The notes under the pieces: generated by a model
Database searches by the model: none
Seen by the model: the letters and a program-made list of their open reading frames with translations, nothing else
Told to the model about the DNA's origin: nothing
From: Candidatus Rubrimentiphilum sp.
Lineage (GTDB): Bacteria; Vulcanimicrobiota; Vulcanimicrobiia; Vulcanimicrobiales; Vulcanimicrobiaceae
NCBI GenBank assembly: GCA_036273135.1
Contig: DASUIF010000003.1
Coordinates: 122,742 to 186,741 of the forward strand
Reading direction: 5' to 3'
Length of the DNA: 64,000 bases
Program-made: the position numbers and the translations under genes
In this document: in pieces, positions 33,619 to 41,021 of the stretch
Numbering within the stretch: position 1 is the first letter of the stretch
Layout of the letters: each line of letters begins with the position of its first letter

Positions 33619-34053
33619 TTAAACTAGGCCGGCACGTATGGCGTGTACGGCGACTTGTGTGCGCGCCGTCAGGTTCATCTTCGCCAAAACATGCGAAATA
33701 TGATTCTTTACGGTCTTGTCGCTGAGCTTGAGACGGCTCGAAATCTCTTTGTTCGAAAGCCCCTCGGCGACCAAACGCACGACTTCCAATTCGCGATCGG
33801 ACAATGTTGAAAATGCACGGACGGCAGGGCTGGGCACCGGTTTAAGAGGCGGCACGGGAGGCTCATGCGACATGCGCTTGAGCGTATCGATGGCTTCGGC
33901 GATGGTCATGGTCCGCAAGGTGGCGGCCAGGGAAGAGGCCTCGCCGAGGACTGCGATGTGCTGCTCCAGATCGAGCAGTCTGCCCAGCGTCCCCGAAATG
34001 ACCGGGTCGGAGCCGTAAAAGACGTCTCCGGCAGCTTCCTGAGAAACAGCCAT
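33619..34053 (-). CDS. LuxR-family HTH transcriptional regulator (no receiver domain)
   Basis: 144 aa. C-terminus LSDRELEVVRLVAEGLSNKEISSRLKLSDKTVKNHISHVLAKMNL. Lies upstream of, and on the same strand as, the desaturase. Confidence 0.8.
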   Translation of the reverse strand: MAVSQEAAGDVFYGSDPVISGTLGRLLDLEQHIAVLGEASSLAATLRTMTIAEAIDTLKRMSHEPPVPPLKPVPSPAVRAFSTLSDRELEVVRLVAEGLSNKEISSRLKLSDKTVKNHISHVLAKMNLTARTQVAVHAIRAGLV

Positions 34054-34088
34054 ATCCGAAGAGGGTACCGGGAGAACTTGTCCTGGGC

Positions 34089-34127
34089 CTTACGGCCTAT
34101 AACAAGCTCCTTACAAAGTGCTTACAA
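34089..34127. repeat. Four phased heptamer direct repeats (CTTACGG / ATAACAA / CTTACAA / CTTACAA) at 10-11-11 bp spacing
   Basis: Repeat starts at 34089, 34099, 34110 and 34121. They lie in the divergent intergenic region between the luxR-like gene (start 34053, -) and the STAND/BTAD gene (start 34181, +). Confidence 0.45.
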
Positions 34128-34180
34128 GAGTGGGCCCATTCCGAGAGTCGGGCCGCGGTGCGCCGTCGTAAGAGAGGCCG

Positions 34181-37051
34181 ATGGGGGCCGGTCTAAAGAC
34201 TGCTGGACTAGAGATCCGGCGCGATGTTCTCCTTGACCGGCTCGAGAAGGCCCGGCCGAAGATTCTCGCGCTCCTGGCGCCGGCAGGCTTCGGGAAATCG
34301 ACGCTCGCGCGTCAGCTGCTCGCAGGCAAGACGAATGCCGCCGTCTGCGACGCTTCCGGCGTCTCGGGAGATCTCGAACTCGCCCGCAGGCTGATTCCGG
34401 CCCTGGCCGCGGAGAACCCGCGGCGTACGCAGACACTCACGCAGCGCGAACTCATGATGGGTGACGCCGGCACCGCTGTTGCGGATCGCGTGAACCTCGC
34501 TCTTGAAGCATGGAAAGAACCGATCGAAGATTCGACCTTCGTTTTTGAAAACGCCGAGCATTTGGCGCGCGATGCCGCGGCGCGCGAATTTTTCAGCCGG
34601 CTGCTTGCGCAGCGTCCGCCCGGCCGCGACGTCGTCATCTGTTCGCGCGAGAACCTTCGCGTACACCTGACGAGATTTGCGCCGCCTCACGAAATTTTGA
34701 CACTGCGTGCCGAAGATTTGGCCTTCGATCGATCCGAGCTGAACGAGCTCTTCGGATCGTACGGCGAGCGGCCGGGATTCCTCGCGCGCATCATGCAGCT
34801 CTCTCAAGGCTGGCCGATTGCAGTCTTCTTGCTCCGGCGGTTTGCAAGTGAAGGCCGGATCGATAGCTTGCTCGAGAGCCTGAACGACGTCGCCTTCGAA
34901 GAGCTGCACGACTATCTCGCCGATCAAGTTCTGGCATCGCTCGATCCGCGGCTGGTCGATGCACTATTTGCGTGCGCGTGCATCCCGAACGCCCGCGCCG
35001 CGGACCTGCGCGCCGCACTTCCCGAAGAGCGGGCCGTCGCGGCGCTTGTGGATTTCGCAAAAAGTTCGCCGTTCATCACGCGTTCCGACGAGACGTTCGT
35101 GCTGCATCCATTACTGAGCTCGTTGCTGACGGAGCGCCGCGGCGAAGAGCGTGCCGATCTGCTGGCGCGCGTCGCCGGCGCTCATACGCAGGCTCAGCGT
35201 TATCAGCGCGCCGCCGAGCTTCACTTGGCGCGGGACGATCAAGAAGCGGCGGCGGACGTCCTGGCGCGCCACGAAGTCATCCGCGACCGGGCGCCCTCGA
35301 TGGAATACGCGCGCGTCTTAGCATCCCTCGATCACTCGCTGGTTCAACGGTATCCGCGGCTTTGGGCGGTGACGGCGATGCTGCGCATGTTCTGCATCGA
35401 TTGCGAAGAGCTGCTCGACGAGGCCGAATCGCTTTGGCGTACGCTTTCACCGGAGGTCAGTGCTCCCGAACGCGGTTACGTCATGCTGTTCCGCATCATG
35501 CTGATGAGCTACATCGGCTTGATCGAGGACGCCGAAACGATGCTCGGCCAGTTTCTTTCCGGCCGGCGCAGTCCGGTGCAAAGCAAGGATTACGTCGATG
35601 CGTATCTGGGCTATGTTTTGGGCGTCATGCGCTCGCGCGTGGGCCGGCTCGAGCAGGCCGAACGCGATCTCACGATCGCGCTTCCGAAAATCGGCAGCAC
35701 CGACATTGCCGGCTCCGGCGCACTGCTGACGCTGGGCGCCGACATCGCCCGCGTACGCGGCGAGTTCGCGGTCGCCCGGCAGTTCGTCGATCGCGCGCTG
35801 GAGGGCGCGCGCCGCTCGGGTCTGTGGAACTTCATTGCTTTCGACCTGGCCGAAGCGTGTTTCGGGGCATGGTTTGCCGGCGACGATGCGGCATTTGTTC
35901 GCTACGGCATCGAACTCGACGAAGTCGTGCACCGGAATGGCGTGCGCTGCCTGGCATTCTTCGCCGCGGCTGCGCGCGGGCGCACCGAGCAGCCCGCTGA
36001 TGCCGACCTGCTAAAATTCGTGGCTTGCGGACAAATGATTGCGGCGGCCGCCTCGCACGACCGCAGAACGGCCGTCCGTCACGCGCGGGCCGCCGTTACC
36101 GCCGCGCAGCAGCTACGCTCGCCATTTACGCTCTGCTTAGCGTTCTTAACGCTCGCGGTGTACGACGACGCAAGCGCCTCCGATTATTTTGTGGGCGCGG
36201 TTGAAGCCGCGGCGCGATGCGAATCGCCGCCGCTGAACAATGCCGTGCGCGCCGTTGCGGAAGGCCGCGCGGACTATGGAATGCTCAATCCGTTCATGAT
36301 GCGTCTTCAACACGAACGAACCGGAGCTGCGCCATCGCTGGAAGTGTTGCTCACGGCCGGCGTGGTGCGGACCGCCGGGCAAGAAATGGCGCTCTCGGAA
36401 CGAGAGTTTGCATTGCTGGCGGCGCTTTCAATCCGCCGCGAAACCGTTCCGCGAGCGCGCTTGACCGATCTGTTGTGGCCGGAGCTGGACGAGTCGTCGG
36501 GGCGTAACGCGCTCAGCGTCTGTCTTCATCGCTTGCGGCAGCACCTCAATATCGATCAAAGCGTCGTGCGCAAGAAAGACGGATACGCGTTGCACGACGA
36601 CGTGCGCGTCGATCTTTGGGAGATCGATCGCGCCGTGACGGCACTGCGGTCGCGCGCCGCGCTGGCCGACGCCGAACGCGCACTCCTTTCCGAGGTCTAC
36701 GAACAGTTACGGCGCAAGCGGCCGGAGCGGATGCTGCGGTGGGACTGGTTCGAGCCGACCGAGCGGCATATTCGAGAACTGCGGCTGGAAGTGGCGCACC
36801 GGCTTGCCGCCGACGCGCTGAGTCACGGGCAAGTGCACCGTGCGCTCGAGCTGGCCGAAGAAATGATCGGCTACGACCCCTGCGACGAGGCCGGACGCGA
36901 ACTCGCCATCACGGCACATTTGCGCCGCGGAGATCGCGCCGCCGCGATGCGGCAGTACCGGCAATACCGCGATACGCTGCTCGCGGAATTGCAATGCGAG
37001 CCGTCTGACGAGATCAAGCAACTTGTCGGCCTTGCGCAACACACGGCGTGA
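34181..37051 (+). CDS. STAND-type ATPase regulator: MalT-like N-terminal NTPase + helical-repeat sensor + C-terminal OmpR-type wHTH and BTAD (SARP-like) domains
   Basis: 956 aa. Walker A LLAPAGFGKST, Walker B-like FVFENAEH, MalT-like GWPIAVFLL. C-terminus LSEREFALLAALSIRRETVPRARLTDLLWPE...LSVCLHRLRQHL (wHTH). This is followed by BTAD-like ...HRALELAEEMIGYDPCDEAGRELAITAHLRRGDRAAAMRQYRQYRDTLLAELQCEPSDE. Confidence 0.8.
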   Translation: MGAGLKTAGLEIRRDVLLDRLEKARPKILALLAPAGFGKSTLARQLLAGKTNAAVCDASGVSGDLELARRLIPALAAENPRRTQTLTQRELMMGDAGTAVADRVNLALEAWKEPIEDSTFVFENAEHLARDAAAREFFSRLLAQRPPGRDVVICSRENLRVHLTRFAPPHEILTLRAEDLAFDRSELNELFGSYGERPGFLARIMQLSQGWPIAVFLLRRFASEGRIDSLLESLNDVAFEELHDYLADQVLASLDPRLVDALFACACIPNARAADLRAALPEERAVAALVDFAKSSPFITRSDETFVLHPLLSSLLTERRGEERADLLARVAGAHTQAQRYQRAAELHLARDDQEAAADVLARHEVIRDRAPSMEYARVLASLDHSLVQRYPRLWAVTAMLRMFCIDCEELLDEAESLWRTLSPEVSAPERGYVMLFRIMLMSYIGLIEDAETMLGQFLSGRRSPVQSKDYVDAYLGYVLGVMRSRVGRLEQAERDLTIALPKIGSTDIAGSGALLTLGADIARVRGEFAVARQFVDRALEGARRSGLWNFIAFDLAEACFGAWFAGDDAAFVRYGIELDEVVHRNGVRCLAFFAAAARGRTEQPADADLLKFVACGQMIAAAASHDRRTAVRHARAAVTAAQQLRSPFTLCLAFLTLAVYDDASASDYFVGAVEAAARCESPPLNNAVRAVAEGRADYGMLNPFMMRLQHERTGAAPSLEVLLTAGVVRTAGQEMALSEREFALLAALSIRRETVPRARLTDLLWPELDESSGRNALSVCLHRLRQHLNIDQSVVRKKDGYALHDDVRVDLWEIDRAVTALRSRAALADAERALLSEVYEQLRRKRPERMLRWDWFEPTERHIRELRLEVAHRLAADALSHGQVHRALELAEEMIGYDPCDEAGRELAITAHLRRGDRAAAMRQYRQYRDTLLAELQCEPSDEIKQLVGLAQHTA

Positions 37052-37057
37052 CCTAGC

Positions 37058-37666
37058 GTGATCGGGATGCTCCTGGCCGCGCTGGCCGCGACGGCGTCTC
37101 CCGTTCCCTCACCGTCCGCTTCGCCGGTGTTGCGGTACGACGTGCTCGTTTCGGCGGGACATGAAGGACGGCCGGTCAGCTGTCCGCGTTTCCCTAAGCG
37201 CAAATGCAATCTTGGCGCCGCCGGCGAGCGCCAGTGGACGCCAATCGTCGCCGACGAAATAACGCGCTCGCTGCGCGCCTCGGGAATCAACGTTGCGCGC
37301 GAACCTGCGGACTTCGACGGCTTTTTTGACGTGAAGGCCGCCGTGTTTATTCACTTCGACGGCAGCGAGCGTCCCTGTTCCACCGGAGCGTCCATCGGCT
37401 ATCACGACGCGGGCTCGAGCGCCGCGGCGAAATTGTGGCGCGACATGTATTCGCACTACTTTCCGTTCACGTTCATGCCCGATAACTTTACGGTCAATTT
37501 GCGCGACTACTATGGATTCCGTCAGGTGCATGCGGCCGACGGAGCGCTGGTGATCGAGTTGGGCGAAATCTCCTGTCCCGCGCAGCGGGAGTGGCTTTCG
37601 TCACGGCTGAAGCCGGTATCCGACTTCGCCGCTGACTTTATCCGGCGGCTGATCGCCAAGAAGTGA
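37058..37666 (+). CDS. Exported protein, N-acetylmuramoyl-L-alanine amidase (Amidase_3)-like pattern
   Basis: 202 aa with a signal-like N-terminus. VLVSAGHEG...GAAGERQWTPIVADEITRSLRASGINV...AVFIHFDGS parallels the GHGG...E...SIHAN zinc-ligand layout. By-eye call. Confidence 0.45.
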   Translation: MIGMLLAALAATASPVPSPSASPVLRYDVLVSAGHEGRPVSCPRFPKRKCNLGAAGERQWTPIVADEITRSLRASGINVAREPADFDGFFDVKAAVFIHFDGSERPCSTGASIGYHDAGSSAAAKLWRDMYSHYFPFTFMPDNFTVNLRDYYGFRQVHAADGALVIELGEISCPAQREWLSSRLKPVSDFAADFIRRLIAKK

Positions 37667-37696
37667 ATGCCATAATCCACGGCTAAGAGCGCTCCT

Positions 37697-40600
37697 ATGC
37701 GCCGATGGGTTCTTGCATTTGCCTTCCTAGCCGCGTGTCTGCCGCAAATTGCCGTCGCGGCCGAAAAAAAAGAGGCGCCGAAACCTTCGCCCACGCCGGG
37801 CTTTTTCGATCAACTGCGTTTTCGCAGTCTTGGGCCGGCGGTCTCCGGGGGGCGTCTGGGCGCCGTGGCGGGGACCGATGCGGATCCTTCGCTCTATTAC
37901 GTGGGCGCAGCCGGCGGCGGTGTTTGGCGCAGCACGAACAGCGGTCAAACGTTTTCGCCCGTTTTCGACTCGCAAGATGTCGGATCGATCGGGGCGGTCG
38001 TTATCGATCCGCACGACTCGAAGATCGTGTGGGTAGGCACGGGGGAAGGCGCGCCTCGCAACGACGTTTCGCAAGGCGACGGCGTATACCGCAGCGCGGA
38101 CGGCGGGAGGACGTGGAGTCGCGTACTCGCTTTACCGGACGCGCTCGTCGCCGCGATCCTGGTCGATCCGCGCGATTCGAACACAGTGCTGGTCGCGGTT
38201 CTGGGCGATCCTTTTGCGGACAACGAGGCGCGAGGAATGTACCGCACGTCAGACGGCGGAAAAACGTGGCAGAAGACGTTGTACGTGGACGCGCGTACGG
38301 GCGCGTCGGATATTGCCGCTTCGGCTAAAGAGCCGGGCATTGTCTACGGCGGAATGTGGCCATACCGGCGAACCGGCTGGAGTTCGGAAAGCGGCGGTAC
38401 GCAAGGCGGCCTCTACAAATCCTCCGACTTCGGCGCTACGTGGCAGAAACTGACCGGCAACGGATTGCCTGAAGGTGAGACGGGGCGGATCGGCGTTGCG
38501 GTGGCGCCGTCGGATCCGCAACGCGTCTACGCGCTGATCGAATCGAAGCAAGGATTGCTTTGGCGCAGCGATGACGGCGGCGCGACCTGGAAGCTTGCGA
38601 GCACGAACACGCTCATTAACGAAAGACCATTTTATTATACGCACGTCTTCGTCGATCCGACCAACGAAGATCACCTCTGGGCGCTTTCAGTTCACCTGGC
38701 GGCAAGCAACGACGGCGGCAAGACATGGAGAATCGGCGCGCGCGGCGTGCACGGCGACAATCACGCCATGTGGATATCGAAAGACGCTAAACGCATCATC
38801 GAAGGGAACGATGGCGGCCCCTCGTTTTCATATGACGACGGCGCGACCTGGCAGATGCCGCACAATCTGCCAATTGGGCAACTCTACCACATCGGGTTTG
38901 ACCGTCAGAATCCTTATCACGTGTGCGCCCCGCTGCAAGATAACGGCGTGTGGTGCGCACCCAGCGATGGATTGAGCGGTGGAATCAGCTCGAGCCAGTG
39001 GCAGAACATGGGCGGCGGCGACGGCGTATGGGTGGTCCCCGACCCGTTGCATCCATGGATCGTTTGGTTGACCAGCGGCGGCGGCAACTTCGCCGGGGAG
39101 CTCGACGTCATCAACACGCGTACCAATGAGGTCCGCACCGTCTCGCCGTTTCTTCACGATCAAAACGTCGTCGATCCGCGCGATCTCAAGTACCGGTTTA
39201 ACTGGGAAACGCCGATTGCGTTCGATCCCTTCGACCCGCAAACGGTCTATACGGCCGGCGACGTTCTGTTCAAGACGCGAAATGCCGGCCAGCACTGGAA
39301 GGCGATCAGTGGAGATCTGACGCGGAATGCTCGCAGCCACGAGGTCGTCACCGGCGGCATCACGCTCGACGGCACGGGCGCCGAGACATCGGAGACTATC
39401 CTTTATATAGAGCCGTCCCGCGTGAAGCGCGGGCAGGTGTGGATTGGGACCGATGACGGCTACATTCAGCTCACCCAAGATGGAGGGAAGAGCTGGCGGA
39501 ACGTTACGCCGCCGGGCGTGCGTCCTTTTGGGCGGTTTGCCAGTCTATCCGCGTCGGTGCATAATGCTGGGATTTTGTATGCGGCCTACGATCTGCATAT
39601 GCTAGGCGATCGCGCGCCGCATGTGTTTATGACCGCAGACTTCGGGCGGCACTGGCGCGACATTGCGGCAAATTTGCCCGCCGGCCAGGAAGTTCGCAGC
39701 GTGCGCGCCGATCCGCACAATGCGAAACTCGTCTATGCCGGACTCGAAAATAGTCTGTGGGCCACTTTCGACGGCGGGTCGCACTGGCGCAACATCAATC
39801 TCAATCTGCCCCCAACCTCGGTGCGCGATATTGCCGTGCAGCCCGACCGCAATGATTTGCTGCTTGCAACGCATGGACGAAGCGTTTGGATCTTAGACGA
39901 CCTCTCACCGTTGCAAGACCTGCAAGCAGCACAAAGCGCGAGTTCGGGCGTGTATATTTTTCCGTCACGCCCGGCCATCCAGTGGAACGAACGCAATTAT
40001 TTTGGAACGCGCACCGACGGCGCCGGACCCCCGTATGGAACGATCGTTACATATTACTTGAAACGGCCGGCGGCATTTGCGCCGACTGCGGAGATTTTGG
40101 ACTCGTCCGGGCGCGTCGTACGCCATTTTCAGGCAAAGAATCTCAGCAATCAGGCTGGCTTGAATCGTTTTACATGGGATACCGGCGAGGACGCGCCGCC
40201 GGTCTGGAAATTCACGCCCACCTGGAACCAAGGCGGGGCCTTCAGTCAAGAAAGCGTGACGGTTCTGCCCGGCAGATACACGCTCGTCTTGCACGCCGGC
40301 GTCACGGTGCGCAGAACGATTATGGTGCAGCAGGATCCGCGCACGCGATTTACGGCCGCGCAACTACGCCAAAACTACGCCGCGATGAGCCAGGTCTTCG
40401 GCGATTTCGGCCGGGTCAATGTGGCGTTGAATACGCTCTCGACGGTGTTGAACGAGGCGCCGCTGCGCACGGCGGCGCTCAATCGAGCGCAGAACGGCAC
40501 GCTGGCGTTACGCGTTGCTGCCGCAGCATCGCAAGCCAGACTCCTGTTGCTTTCGATCACGCAAAACCCGGTGAACGATCAGGACGACGATTTCTTCACC

Positions 40601-40870
40601 GACGTGTTACGCGAACGCTTGCAAACGCAAATGGGCACGTTCGGAGGATCGGCCGGGCCTCCGACGGCGGCGCAGCTGTCGGAAAATGCCGCCCTCCACG
40701 CCCTGACCAACGAGCGGCTGCGCGCAGTGGCCGGTTTTGAGTCCGGCGCACTGCGACGGGTCGACGCCGCGCTGCGTGCAGTGAAATTGCCGCCCCTGAC
40801 GGCGCTCACCCAACAACCCAAAGTTTACGACGAGGCCGTGGGCGGACGTCGGGGGGACGACTCGCTTTAA
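37697..40870 (+). CDS. BNR/Asp-box repeat protein, sortilin/VPS10-like (glycosyl-hydrolase-like beta-propellers)
   Basis: 1057 aa with a signal peptide. At least 10 Asp-box repeats: STNSGQTF, SADGGRTW, TSDGGKTW, SSDFGATW, SDDGGATW, SNDGGKTW, YDDGATW, TQDGGKSW, TADFGRHW, TFDGGSHW. Confidence 0.85.
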   Translation: MRRWVLAFAFLAACLPQIAVAAEKKEAPKPSPTPGFFDQLRFRSLGPAVSGGRLGAVAGTDADPSLYYVGAAGGGVWRSTNSGQTFSPVFDSQDVGSIGAVVIDPHDSKIVWVGTGEGAPRNDVSQGDGVYRSADGGRTWSRVLALPDALVAAILVDPRDSNTVLVAVLGDPFADNEARGMYRTSDGGKTWQKTLYVDARTGASDIAASAKEPGIVYGGMWPYRRTGWSSESGGTQGGLYKSSDFGATWQKLTGNGLPEGETGRIGVAVAPSDPQRVYALIESKQGLLWRSDDGGATWKLASTNTLINERPFYYTHVFVDPTNEDHLWALSVHLAASNDGGKTWRIGARGVHGDNHAMWISKDAKRIIEGNDGGPSFSYDDGATWQMPHNLPIGQLYHIGFDRQNPYHVCAPLQDNGVWCAPSDGLSGGISSSQWQNMGGGDGVWVVPDPLHPWIVWLTSGGGNFAGELDVINTRTNEVRTVSPFLHDQNVVDPRDLKYRFNWETPIAFDPFDPQTVYTAGDVLFKTRNAGQHWKAISGDLTRNARSHEVVTGGITLDGTGAETSETILYIEPSRVKRGQVWIGTDDGYIQLTQDGGKSWRNVTPPGVRPFGRFASLSASVHNAGILYAAYDLHMLGDRAPHVFMTADFGRHWRDIAANLPAGQEVRSVRADPHNAKLVYAGLENSLWATFDGGSHWRNINLNLPPTSVRDIAVQPDRNDLLLATHGRSVWILDDLSPLQDLQAAQSASSGVYIFPSRPAIQWNERNYFGTRTDGAGPPYGTIVTYYLKRPAAFAPTAEILDSSGRVVRHFQAKNLSNQAGLNRFTWDTGEDAPPVWKFTPTWNQGGAFSQESVTVLPGRYTLVLHAGVTVRRTIMVQQDPRTRFTAAQLRQNYAAMSQVFGDFGRVNVALNTLSTVLNEAPLRTAALNRAQNGTLALRVAAAASQARLLLLSITQNPVNDQDDDFFTDVLRERLQTQMGTFGGSAGPPTAAQLSENAALHALTNERLRAVAGFESGALRRVDAALRAVKLPPLTALTQQPKVYDEAVGGRRGDDSL

Positions 40871-41021
40871 GCGCAGCCTGAAATTTTGCAGCCACGCGTG
40901 ACGTAAGCAGAGTCTTCGCTGCGAAGTTCATCGGAGCTGCGCCGTGTGACGGCAGCGAGCATACGCCGCAAGAGTGAGAGCTGTATGCATAGTGCGCGAG
41001 CCGTACTGCAATTGCTGTATG

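Noticed and set aside
34972-36000. 342-aa plus-strand ORF in an alternative frame inside the STAND/BTAD gene
   Set aside because: Arg/Ala/Gly-rich low-complexity translation. The main frame carries the recognisable domains.
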